A DNA stretch of 54,224 nt from Bacteroidota bacterium (GTDB lineage Bacteria > Bacteroidota > Bacteroidia > UKL13-3): contig CANHDN010000003.1 of assembly GCA_947459415.1 (NCBI GenBank), positions 1 to 54,224 of the forward strand, read 5' to 3'. Shown here piece after piece: positions 39,499 to 48,851 of the stretch. Numbering within the stretch: the stretch's first letter is position 1; every line of letters begins with the position of its first letter. The translations under genes were made by a program, and so were the position numbers. The notes below the pieces were generated by a model. It was given only the letters and a program-made list of their open reading frames with translations, was not told the DNA's origin and did no database searches.

Positions 39499-40039
39499 TT
39501 ACATTTGCCTCATTTTCGGTTTCATGGCTAAGTTTCCCTTTGGCAAAATCTGCAGCAAAATCTATAAATACTTTGTAAGCTTGGGTAAAAGAAAACTTTA
39601 CATCTCCATTCCTTTCTACAATATTTCTTCTTGCTAAGGTACGAACAAAATCTCTGCGAGACTCTGCATTTTTTAACTGATTATTGGCAGAAATTATTTC
39701 GATGTAGGCACTATTTTCAAAATATGAATCTAATTTTTCCATTTCAAATTCTGCAAATTGAATTTCCTCTAAAAAGTTTTTACCATCTTTATCTAACTCA
39801 TAACTCAAAATAGCAAAAAATAGACAGATATCTCTACTTAATTGCTCCGCAGTTTCATAACTTAACAAATAAGCATAATCACTTTTTATCTCTAATTCGT
39901 ATGAAAAACTTTCTTTAAAAAACTGCTCATAAAAAGAGCCTTGTTCCTTTAAGGATACAAATTTCGGATCGCTGGCAAGTATAAACTTACCACTCATTAA
40001 ATCGTTTACAATCTCTTTATGAAATCTAGGATAATCCAT
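39491..40039 (-). CDS. Small acidic helical protein, candidate MukE/MksE/JetB-like (KITE) partner of the SMC-like ATPase
   Basis: This 182-aa ORF is overlapped by 14 nt with the upstream gene and by 8 nt with the aroC start. The segment FILASDPKFVSLKEQGSFYEQFFKESFSYELEIKSDYAYLLSY resembles, from memory, the conserved N-terminal winged-helix block of MukE-type proteins. The functional call is an inference. Confidence 0.5.
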   Translation of the reverse strand: MDYPRFHKEIVNDLMSGKFILASDPKFVSLKEQGSFYEQFFKESFSYELEIKSDYAYLLSYETAEQLSRDICLFFAILSYELDKDGKNFLEEIQFAEFEMEKLDSYFENSAYIEIISANNQLKNAESRRDFVRTLARRNIVERNGDVKFSFTQAYKVFIDFAADFAKGKLSHETENEANVNE

Positions 40040-41228
40040 ATCTATTTATTTTTAGTTTTGGTACACGTAATGTCATTTGAGTGGTATTAATTAGTTGCTT
40101 TTCTGCTATTGCATCTAATTCAATACTAATACCTTCTTCAAAAAGCAGGGCAGTTAATGCAAAAAACTTATCTGTTTCAATGCTAGTATAGTCTGTTTTT
40201 AGAGTTAATCCGCACCATTCAAAGAAACTATCTAGCGGTAATTGACTCATCAACTTATTTTTATATAAATCTTTATTAAAAACCCATTTATCGGTTAACA
40301 TCATTGGGTCTTCCAAAATAATTGTCTCATCTATGGCATATTGCTCTAAATATTCCTTAGCATTTAGGTACATATCATTGCTATACGGATAGACACGCTC
40401 AATTTTAAAGACTTTAGGTAAGGGCGATTTATGTGGAGCCTTTAAAAACTCAATCCAACCAGTTAAAATGATGGATTCTGTTCTAATGCGCTCAATTAAT
40501 GGTAATAACTCATTGGTAAGTAGCTTAGATTGTTTTAGTAAATCGTCGTTGGTCTGAACCAAAAAGTTATAGGTTTTTTCGAACTGCAATCGAATTTGTT
40601 CATCATCAAAATTTAATCGCCTTACATTTACATATTGAGAAATATCAAACAATCTGTTGGTAATAGAATCTGCATGGTTAATATCTAAGATATTATTTAA
40701 TGGTGTAATGTAATAATCAATCCAAAAACTTGCTTTACGCACCTTTTCTTGGTAGTCTAATTTTTCAACATTCGATTTTAATTCTCTGGTTTCATTCAAC
40801 AAACGAATGGTATTTTTTTCTACTGCTTCACCAAATTCCTTTATTTCATTATAGAGATCATTAATTCTCTGACTTAAAATTAACTTATCTTTAGAAATCC
40901 CATCTTTTATTTTTCTAAATAATACAGCTATTGACTGTTCATATTTTTGGATGGTTTCTGGCAACAGTGGCCTGAATTCATTCAGAATAAATTCAAATAA
41001 TTTGTAATAGGTATCTCTAAATTCAAAATCATCTCCAAGTTTTCTTACTATTTTATACTCTAATAATTGAGTAAGTACATCATCCTGCCTATCCTTAAAA
41101 ACCTCCTGCAAACGCTCTTTTCTGATGATTTGATCCTCTGTTTGTATGTCAAACAAATCCTTTAGCGTTTCAAAATGTGCCGCTAAAAAATTTAATATCG
41201 ATTTTGGTTCAGCCTTTATCATAATCAA
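40026..41228 (-). CDS. Helical 400-aa protein, candidate kleisin-like (MukF/MksF/JetA-like) partner
   Basis: It starts 9 nt after the ATPase stop. Its composition is all-helical and its size is similar to MksF. I see no nuclease or other catalytic motif by eye. The functional call rests only on context and size. Confidence 0.4.
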   Translation of the reverse strand: MIMIKAEPKSILNFLAAHFETLKDLFDIQTEDQIIRKERLQEVFKDRQDDVLTQLLEYKIVRKLGDDFEFRDTYYKLFEFILNEFRPLLPETIQKYEQSIAVLFRKIKDGISKDKLILSQRINDLYNEIKEFGEAVEKNTIRLLNETRELKSNVEKLDYQEKVRKASFWIDYYITPLNNILDINHADSITNRLFDISQYVNVRRLNFDDEQIRLQFEKTYNFLVQTNDDLLKQSKLLTNELLPLIERIRTESIILTGWIEFLKAPHKSPLPKVFKIERVYPYSNDMYLNAKEYLEQYAIDETIILEDPMMLTDKWVFNKDLYKNKLMSQLPLDSFFEWCGLTLKTDYTSIETDKFFALTALLFEEGISIELDAIAEKQLINTTQMTLRVPKLKINRYGLS

Positions 41229-41237
41229 GCCATTACA

Positions 41238-43886
41238 TTAATTAACCGCTAAATTGCGCTCACCATACATTGCATTTACCTTTTCGTTTATGTTTATTTT
41301 TCCAGCATTCGGATAAATAAAATAATACTTACCAAAACCTGCAACCGCATCTGGCGCAGCAAAAATTGGAATAAAATTATGCTCTTTACAGAACCTCACT
41401 AGTTCTGGTCTATTTTGCTTGTCTATGGTAGCCACCTCATCAATAAATAGTGCAATTCGGTTTTCATCATCAAATAATGCCAAACGGTTAATAATGGTCA
41501 TGATGATTATCAATCTAATCATTTTATCGGTTCCATCCGATTCTATTTGTTCATTAAGATCTACGCGTTTAGAACTACCTTTTCTAGTTAAGTTTAAAGT
41601 AATATCAAACAAATCATCAAAATCTATTTTTTTACCCGCATCCAAATAGTTATCCAATACTTTTAGATTCTCAGAATGATCAAACTCAAACATTAATTGG
41701 CCGCGTACCTGCTGAATTTGGCTAATTTTCTTAACCTCTTCCACCAATCTTTTATTGTCTTCCAACTCAATTGTTAATGATTCAATATCTGATATTTTCG
41801 CCTGAGATAATTTACTATTAAATTTATTGTATACAAACTCCTTAAATTCATCATAGCGCTTTAATAAAGTATAGGCAGGATTGGCAAACTGTGCAGAAAT
41901 ATTTTCTAATAATGACGAAATAGAACGCTCCTTATCTTCAATTAAAGCAATCTCTTCCTCCACGTATTTAATAAAATCTTGTTCGTCGGCAAAGGTAGAC
42001 TGCAACTTGTCTCGAAGTTTTTCAAACAACTTATCTTTTGTCTGCTTTAACTCATTTCTATCAGATAAGTTAATGTTTATTTTTTTAAATAAATTATCTA
42101 AATCATCTTGAGTTTCAAACTCCTCTACTGCTAAACCTAAAACATCAAGGCTTTGTTTATACTCCTGTATTTCGCGAATTCTGCGTTCACGTTTATCTTT
42201 ATCTACAATTAAATCTTGAACCTCTAACTGCCTCTTGGCAATATCCTTAGCTAACTTTGATTGCTCAGATTCAATTTTTTGCTTCTCAGTATTTAATACT
42301 TGTAGCTCAGCTTTTAGTTTTTCAATAACTTTTTGTATGCTCGGTACCGATTTAATTTTTTGAATTTGGAACTTAATTCTTTCAATCTCTGAATTAATCT
42401 GCTGCAATTCCTTTGCAGATTTCTCGATATTTTTGGCAACCTCAAATAAATCTTGCTGACTTTTTAACTCACGTTTGGTATAGCTTAATTCTTCCTTTAT
42501 TTCCTCAACAGACTTAAAATCTTCGAATGTAAGCTGTTTGGTTAAATCAATTTCACCATCAAAAATGGTAAGTTTTTCAGACACCTTGTGAATGGCTTTT
42601 ACAACCTGCTTACCTGGTAAACTTTTTACTTGCTCGCTTAAAATTCCATTGAGCCATTTTCGATTTTCTTTATTCCCAGAAATTTTATTAATCAATAAAT
42701 CACCGTAATTTTTTATTTGATTTTCAAATTGACTAATCTGATTGGAAAGCTGAAATATACGTTGCTCAATCATGCTGCTATTCAATTTCTGAATTTCAAC
42801 CATCGTAAGCCTAGACTCTATCTCTTTTCTTTGCTTATCATAATTCCCCAATGCCTCTGTTTGTAATTCAATTGGGTCATAAGATTGAATAGTTTTTAAT
42901 TCTTCCTCCTTTGAATTTAACAACTCAGCCTTGCTATTAATTTCAGTTTCTTTATTACCTATTTTCCTATCAAATTCAGCTTTTTTAGGTATCAAGTTTT
43001 CATTAATTTCAGTATTTATTTTTGCAATATTAAGATTTCGCTCTGCCAACTGACTTTGAAGGGTGGGTAAAGTTGTTTCATAATTCGTATTGAACCCAAA
43101 ATATAATTGATTTATAATTCTGGCTTTGGCAGCATACTGGCTTACAACTTCGCGAAAATCTTCGAACTCATTTTTAACCGATTTTAAATTGCGGATCTCA
43201 TTATTTATCTTTCTTAAATCTATGATATCTTTTTTATTCTTTTGAGAAAAATTGAGTGATTCATTTTCCCGATTATCGGCAACAATTAAAGCCTCTTTTA
43301 AGTTCTTATTGGTAATTAATTTGGTATTAATAAGGTACCTGTAAATTCTAGAAAAATTATTACTTAAACCCTCTGTTTTAACATTATCATCTAACCAAAC
43401 AACTCCATTATTTCTTCTTCCACGCTGATATACCGTATTAAACACCTCGCGTTTGTCTTTAAATGCATCTAAACTGATGCCGTCTTTAGCAAGGGCTTCC
43501 TGAACCTCATCAAACTTTAATAGCTTTTTATTGGCATCAACAAAAAAATGTTCTTTATACTCGCTATTAAATCTGAAATACTCTAGCTCAGATTCTCCAT
43601 TCCGTTTCACCAGAATACAGTAATATGATTTTTTAAAAATCTCAAATACAATATAACTCTGATTTGGATTTGGAAAATAATGATGTAAAGTCTCTTTATC
43701 GCCGCGGCGCTGCCCGCTAAAGGTCATCTTATTTCCATCTATAATAAATAAGAAATTTAGCGCATAAATGAGGGTACTTTTTCCTATATTATTGGGGCCA
43801 ACCAATTGCAAGCTATCACAATCGTTTAGCCTAATTTCAGCTTTTCCGTATACCTTAGAATTTAAAATGGTTAAAGAAGTTAACAT
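41238..43886 (-). CDS. SMC/Rad50/MukB-like ABC ATPase with long coiled coil (compact, 882 aa)
   Basis: Walker A is LVGPNNIGKSTLIYALNFLF near the N-terminus. About 600 aa of K/E/N/I/L heptad-like sequence are interrupted mid-way by a non-coiled segment (LINKISGNKENRKWLNGILSEQVKSLPGKQVVKAIHKV...). The C-terminal head has a signature-like ESDGTDKMIRLIII followed by Walker B IALFIDEVATID. Confidence 0.75.
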   Translation of the reverse strand: MLTSLTILNSKVYGKAEIRLNDCDSLQLVGPNNIGKSTLIYALNFLFIIDGNKMTFSGQRRGDKETLHHYFPNPNQSYIVFEIFKKSYYCILVKRNGESELEYFRFNSEYKEHFFVDANKKLLKFDEVQEALAKDGISLDAFKDKREVFNTVYQRGRRNNGVVWLDDNVKTEGLSNNFSRIYRYLINTKLITNKNLKEALIVADNRENESLNFSQKNKKDIIDLRKINNEIRNLKSVKNEFEDFREVVSQYAAKARIINQLYFGFNTNYETTLPTLQSQLAERNLNIAKINTEINENLIPKKAEFDRKIGNKETEINSKAELLNSKEEELKTIQSYDPIELQTEALGNYDKQRKEIESRLTMVEIQKLNSSMIEQRIFQLSNQISQFENQIKNYGDLLINKISGNKENRKWLNGILSEQVKSLPGKQVVKAIHKVSEKLTIFDGEIDLTKQLTFEDFKSVEEIKEELSYTKRELKSQQDLFEVAKNIEKSAKELQQINSEIERIKFQIQKIKSVPSIQKVIEKLKAELQVLNTEKQKIESEQSKLAKDIAKRQLEVQDLIVDKDKRERRIREIQEYKQSLDVLGLAVEEFETQDDLDNLFKKININLSDRNELKQTKDKLFEKLRDKLQSTFADEQDFIKYVEEEIALIEDKERSISSLLENISAQFANPAYTLLKRYDEFKEFVYNKFNSKLSQAKISDIESLTIELEDNKRLVEEVKKISQIQQVRGQLMFEFDHSENLKVLDNYLDAGKKIDFDDLFDITLNLTRKGSSKRVDLNEQIESDGTDKMIRLIIIMTIINRLALFDDENRIALFIDEVATIDKQNRPELVRFCKEHNFIPIFAAPDAVAGFGKYYFIYPNAGKININEKVNAMYGERNLAVN

Positions 43887-43989
43887 ACATTGCGTCGTTT
43901 TAATGAGGCAAAATACAATTACTTCCTAAAAAGAAACCCACATGAAATGCACAAATTTGTATGGTTATACAAGTTTGTAGGCTAATAGT

Positions 43990-45363
43990 CTACTTGATGA
44001 GTGTAAACAATCTATCCCAGCGAACTTTCTTAAAAATATTTTCGCCATTTTTATCCCAACTCATCCAAACAAAAAGTGCTTTTCCAACCACATTTGTTTC
44101 AGGTACAAAACCCCAAAACCTGCTATCGGCGCTATTATGACGGTTATCACCCATCATAAAATAATAATTATACTTAAATGTATAGGAAGTAATTAGGTTC
44201 GAACCCAAATAAAACTTGCCATGCTCCATTTTAAAACTTGGGTTATTTTCATAAACACGAATAACACGCTCGTATAAGCTAAATTGGATCGAATCTAATT
44301 GAACCACATCCCCTGCTTTTGGAACATATATTGGCCCATAAAAATCTACACTCCAAGGAAGAGCAGGGTTGTGCGGAAATATATATTCTTGGTATTCATT
44401 CTCTTTACTAAATAAGGTATCTACATTTATTACACCTTCTTCTTTCTCCATAAGTAATTTGTTAGAAGCCGATAGTGGAAAAGCAAAATCTAGATTACCA
44501 TGCGGCAAATTTTCTCCTTCAGAAATATCATACCTACGCAACATATTTTGGAATGTTTTTTCATTCCAGTACCCATTTTCATTAAACTTTACATAGTATT
44601 TAAACTGCATTTTAGGAGGGTTTTCTGCTGCAATATTATTTACAAAAACCTGGCCGTTTACAACCTTTATGCTATCTCCTGCTATGGCTAAACAGCGTTT
44701 AATATAGTTTTCCTTTTTATCAAATGGTCTTCCGTCTTCATATGGATAATTAAATACTACCACATCATTATTTTTAATTTCATTTAATGCAGGTAAACGC
44801 TTGTAGGGCATTTTCATAAACGATAAATAACTTGGTGTAGAATCTGTTAATGGCATCACATTATGGGCAAACGGAAAGGCTAAGGGAGTAACCGGTAAAC
44901 GTGTTCCGTAATGAAATTTACTTACAAATAAAAAATCACCCACCAATAAAGACTTTTCCATGGATGAAGTAGGAATGGTATAAGCTTCAATAAAATAAGA
45001 ACGAATCACTGTTGCAGCAAGGGTAGCAAACCATAATGCATCACTCCATTCATAAACCATGTGATGATCTGGTTTAGATTGTATGCGAACCAAATATAAA
45101 ACGTACAGTATCACATAAATAATGGGCGAGATTAAAAAAGCCAAAACACGAGTAAAATATAAGAAAATTAATGCACAGCCATAACATACATTTAGGATCG
45201 CCATACCTATATCTGATCCGGCACTGAGGTAATATGCAAATACGATACAATTAAGTAAACACCAAACTAAGGTGATCATCCATTGCTTTTTGGTAAATAC
45301 CTTTGGAGATTTATAATAGCTAAAAAATGTTTCTTTTAAGTTAAACGAAGATTGTTTTGACAT
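43990..45363 (-). CDS. lepB: Signal peptidase I (long Bacteroidota form)
   Basis: The catalytic Ser block is [20 protein letters not shown], the Lys block is [11 protein letters not shown], and [17 protein letters not shown] is present. Confidence 0.9.
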   Translation of the reverse strand: MSKQSSFNLKETFFSYYKSPKVFTKKQWMITLVWCLLNCIVFAYYLSAGSDIGMAILNVCYGCALIFLYFTRVLAFLISPIIYVILYVLYLVRIQSKPDHHMVYEWSDALWFATLAATVIRSYFIEAYTIPTSSMEKSLLVGDFLFVSKFHYGTRLPVTPLAFPFAHNVMPLTDSTPSYLSFMKMPYKRLPALNEIKNNDVVVFNYPYEDGRPFDKKENYIKRCLAIAGDSIKVVNGQVFVNNIAAENPPKMQFKYYVKFNENGYWNEKTFQNMLRRYDISEGENLPHGNLDFAFPLSASNKLLMEKEEGVINVDTLFSKENEYQEYIFPHNPALPWSVDFYGPIYVPKAGDVVQLDSIQFSLYERVIRVYENNPSFKMEHGKFYLGSNLITSYTFKYNYYFMMGDNRHNSADSRFWGFVPETNVVGKALFVWMSWDKNGENIFKKVRWDRLFTLIK

Positions 45364-45453
45364 ATGTTTTTTATAAGTTCAACGTTTGATATCCCATTTT
45401 AATTAGACCCAATGTGCATAAAATGATAAACGGTTGAATAATTAAGTAATTGG

Positions 45454-46215
45454 CTATTTTTTAATGATTTCATCTAAATTTAAAATATCGTCCATGGTAT
45501 AAATCCCTTTTTTACCAACAATCCACTCGGCAGCCATTATAGCTCCCTTTGCGAACCCATACCTAGATTTGGCGTCATGTGTTATTTCAATGCTGTCTAT
45601 CATAGACTCATATTTAACCTTATGCAAACCAGTTACATCACCTTCCCGATAAGATTCTATCAATAGTTCATGAGGCTTAACACTTTGGGAAGGCAATTCT
45701 TTTCCGTAAATTAATCGCTCCTTAATTTGTGTTTTGGTCTTAATCTCTCCCATAATATGCTCTGCCAAAGAAAGTGCTGTTCCGCTAGGATGATCCTTTT
45801 TTTCCGTATGGTGAACTTCTTCCAGCATCACATCGTAGGAATCAAAATGTGCCATCATACTGGCTAAAACTTTATTTAATTTATAAAATAAATTTACACC
45901 AATACTAAAATTGGTGCTGTATACCATGGATTGATTTTCGGATAAGCACCTACTTTTTATTTCATCAAATTGATCATACCAACCTGTTGTACCAACCACA
46001 ATTGGAGTATTAGTTTCAAAGCACTTGTAAATATTATCTGCAGCAGCAGTTGGCATGCTAAAATCAATGGCAACATCCACGTTTTTTAGAGAAATTGGCA
46101 TAAAATCATAGGCATTTTCAAAAGTAACTTTATATACAATTTCATGCCCTTTTGCCAATGCAATTTTTTCGATGGCCATTCCCATCTTACCGTAACCTAA
46201 TAGTGCGATTTTCAT
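45454..46215 (-). CDS. dapB: 4-hydroxy-tetrahydrodipicolinate reductase
   Basis: The NAD fold is MKIALLGYGKMG. EEVHHTEKKDHPSGTAL corresponds to E.HH..K.DAPSGTA, within an overall DapB layout. Confidence 0.92.
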   Translation of the reverse strand: MKIALLGYGKMGMAIEKIALAKGHEIVYKVTFENAYDFMPISLKNVDVAIDFSMPTAAADNIYKCFETNTPIVVGTTGWYDQFDEIKSRCLSENQSMVYSTNFSIGVNLFYKLNKVLASMMAHFDSYDVMLEEVHHTEKKDHPSGTALSLAEHIMGEIKTKTQIKERLIYGKELPSQSVKPHELLIESYREGDVTGLHKVKYESMIDSIEITHDAKSRYGFAKGAIMAAEWIVGKKGIYTMDDILNLDEIIKK

Positions 46216-46319
46216 ATATTAATATCAAGTAATGAAACCAATTGAATTCCTTATTAAATGCGGGTTAAAGATACGCCTTTGAGCACAAATAAACAAAAGC
46301 AAAAAATAGAAGTATTAGG

Positions 46320-46868
46320 CTAAAATCTAATTCTAAGATTAATACCTGAATAATTTCCAGCAAGACCCATTTGGTATACTGGTTTAACCTGAAAACTTAA
46401 CTTATCTGTTACATCAAACTCACGCAAATGAGCATCTACAGCAGCATCTATTAAATTAAACGCATACAAACCAACCATACCAATTACCGAAAGATCTCGG
46501 TTTTTTCTGTAATATTCTCGCAAACCAAATAACATTTCTGTAGGCACATTGGCATATTCTGGGTTAGTAACAGCTTCTTTATTTAATCGTTGCAAATAAG
46601 CTAACCTTACATCATCATAAAATTGCTGATTTTTTATAGTAGCATAGGCTAATACTCCAAACCCAACATAAATAACAGGAACCTTCCAGTACTTTTGATT
46701 GTAAATTTGTCCGCAACCTGGCATTAAAGATAACAAAGTAGCCTTTTGGGGAATTGTAAAACCACTTTTTGTTGCAGGGAGTTTAACAATGGAACTACTA
46801 TCTTTAGTTTGAGCAAATGCGCCAGAAAAAATAACAGTTAAAAGGAATATGAGCAGATGTTTCTGCAT
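46320..46868 (-). CDS. DUF5683-like membrane protein conserved downstream of parB in Bacteroidota
   Basis: It has a signal peptide and the LSLMPGCGQIYNQKYWKVPVIYVGFG block. Its ATG overlaps the parB stop (TAATG). Confidence 0.6.
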   Translation of the reverse strand: MQKHLLIFLLTVIFSGAFAQTKDSSSIVKLPATKSGFTIPQKATLLSLMPGCGQIYNQKYWKVPVIYVGFGVLAYATIKNQQFYDDVRLAYLQRLNKEAVTNPEYANVPTEMLFGLREYYRKNRDLSVIGMVGLYAFNLIDAAVDAHLREFDVTDKLSFQVKPVYQMGLAGNYSGINLRIRF

Positions 46869-47758
46869 TACAATAAATCAATTATTCGCTTTAAATCTTG
46901 CTGAGATTTAAATGGTATACTAAGCATTCCCCTCCCACGCTCATCTGCTTTAATCTTTACTTTCACATTCAATTTACCACTTAAAGTTTTTTGAAAATCA
47001 GAAAATCCATCCGGCATATTTGCTTTCTTTTTAACAGAAGCTGCGGGTTTTATATCTTCTTCTTTTCGCTCATGAGCGGCACGAACCAAGTTTTCAACAT
47101 CTCTTACAGACAAGCCATCCTCCATCATTTTTGAAAACAAATATTGCTGTTCATCCTGATTATCGATGTTAATAATGGCGCGTGCATGACCCATACTAAT
47201 TTGACCATCACGAATTGCAACCTGAATATTATCAGGCAATTTCAATAATCGTAAATAATTATTGACAGTAGATCTATTTTTTCCAACCCGATCACCCAAT
47301 TGTTCTTGATTTAATGAGCATTCATCTAACAATCGCTTATAACTAAACGCTATTTCCATCGCATTTAATTCCTCACGTTGAATATTTTCAATTAAAGCCA
47401 TTTCAAGCATTCCTTGGTCATCAGCCAATCGGATAAATGCCGGAATAGTGGTGAGTCCTGCTAATCTGGAAGCCCTTGTTCTTCTTTCTCCGCTAATTAT
47501 TTGATAACTATCATAACCTAGTTTTCTTACAGTAATAGGCTGTATAATTCCATGAACGCGAATAGAATCTGCTAATTCATTTAATGCCACATCATCAAAC
47601 TCTTCACGAGGTTGGAATGGATTGGCTTGAACCTGACTAATTAAAATTTCACTAATAGAATGAAGGGGCTTAGATTCAGTTGCTGTAATATCAGTGCTTG
47701 CATTTTCTAATAAAGCACTTAATCCTCTTCCTAATGCATTGCGTTGTTGTTTGCTCAT
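46868..47758 (-). CDS. parB: Chromosome partitioning protein ParB/Spo0J
   Basis: NPFQPREEF, GIIQPITVR, the ISGERRTRAS box (the GERRxRA arginine patch) and an HTH (LNQEQLGDRVGKNRSTVNNYLRLLKL) are present. Confidence 0.93.
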   Translation of the reverse strand: MSKQQRNALGRGLSALLENASTDITATESKPLHSISEILISQVQANPFQPREEFDDVALNELADSIRVHGIIQPITVRKLGYDSYQIISGERRTRASRLAGLTTIPAFIRLADDQGMLEMALIENIQREELNAMEIAFSYKRLLDECSLNQEQLGDRVGKNRSTVNNYLRLLKLPDNIQVAIRDGQISMGHARAIINIDNQDEQQYLFSKMMEDGLSVRDVENLVRAAHERKEEDIKPAASVKKKANMPDGFSDFQKTLSGKLNVKVKIKADERGRGMLSIPFKSQQDLKRIIDLL

Positions 47759-47784
47759 GTCTTAATTTGTTCGCTTAAAAAATG

Positions 47785-48591
47785 TTAGTTTAAATCGTGG
47801 TTACTTTCCATCATATTGGTTTTGTTTAAACCGTTTTTATGCAAAAGTTCCTTGGCTAGGTTTAAATAATTCACCGCTCCTTTGCTTTCAGCATCGTGAG
47901 TGATAACTGCCAATCCAAAGCTCGGAGCCTCACTCAATTTGGTGTTACGCTGAATAATGGTATCAAAAACCAAATCTTGAAAATGCATTTTAACTTCTTC
48001 CACAACTTGATTACTTAATCTTAATCGCATATCATACATCGTTAGCAATAGGCCTTCAATTTGTAATTCTGTGTTTAAATTACTTTGAATGATTTTAACA
48101 GTATTCAACAACTTACCCAAACCCTCTAAAGCAAAATATTCACATTGAACAGGTATGATGACAGAATTGCTGGCTACCAAGGAATTGGTTGTAATTAATC
48201 CTAATGAAGGAGAACAATCAATAATTACAAAGTCATATAAACTCTTAACCTTATCCAACGCATACTTCATGATGCGTTCACGATTAGGGACATTAATTAA
48301 CTCAATCTCTGCACCAACCAAATCAATATTGGAAGGTAAAATATCTAAATAGGCAAAATCAGTACCCAAAATTGCATCTTTCATTGGAACCTCATTAACC
48401 AATACTTCATACAAGCCTGTACGAATGTCTTTTGGATCAAAACCAAGACCAGATGTTGTATTCGCCTGCGGATCAGCATCTATTACCAAAGTTTTAAATT
48501 CCAAAACAGCTAAGCTAGCTGCCAAATTAATGGCGGTAGTAGTTTTTCCAACCCCACCTTTTTGATTTACAATTGAAATAATTTTACCCAT
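47785..48591 (-). CDS. parA: Chromosome partitioning ATPase ParA/Soj
   Basis: The deviant Walker A is VNQKGGVGKTTTAINLAASLA, with DADPQANTTSG and IIDCSPSLG. Confidence 0.93.
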   Translation of the reverse strand: MGKIISIVNQKGGVGKTTTAINLAASLAVLEFKTLVIDADPQANTTSGLGFDPKDIRTGLYEVLVNEVPMKDAILGTDFAYLDILPSNIDLVGAEIELINVPNRERIMKYALDKVKSLYDFVIIDCSPSLGLITTNSLVASNSVIIPVQCEYFALEGLGKLLNTVKIIQSNLNTELQIEGLLLTMYDMRLRLSNQVVEEVKMHFQDLVFDTIIQRNTKLSEAPSFGLAVITHDAESKGAVNYLNLAKELLHKNGLNKTNMMESNHDLN

Positions 48592-48851
48592 ATTTTAATA
48601 GGTGAATTCCTCACCAGATTTTAATTCATTTATTAAGAAACTTGTTTAAGCAAAAGCACCAAATAATTACTTGGTTCAATGGCTTCAATTTGTCTGTGAA
48701 ACAGTATTTCTTTATTTGTGAAACAATGTTTGTTCTTCAAATAACGAATAAGATTATCTTAACTAATGCACCACGTATCAACACCCATGTGGATTACTTT
48801 AATCATTGACTAATTGATAGTTATAAATATAATTTGAAAAAATAAAAAATA

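Noticed and set aside
39491-43886. Calling the SMC-like trio a canonical Wadjet (JetABCD) or Lamassu defence system, or a horizontally acquired island on the basis of low G+C.
   Set aside because: No JetD/Toprim-like or recognisable nuclease or effector ORF lies in or next to the operon. There is no integrase, tRNA or repeat boundary. The low G+C is explained by Lys/Glu/Asn/Ile-rich coiled-coil coding. I keep it as an open question in the findings rather than a defence call.
48592-48851. oriC in the spacer upstream of parA. One near-consensus DnaA box is present (TAATCCACA, reverse strand of 48788..48796).
   Set aside because: There is only a single one-mismatch box, no cluster, no adjacent dnaA or dnaN, and no obvious AT-rich unwinding repeats beyond the background AT richness.
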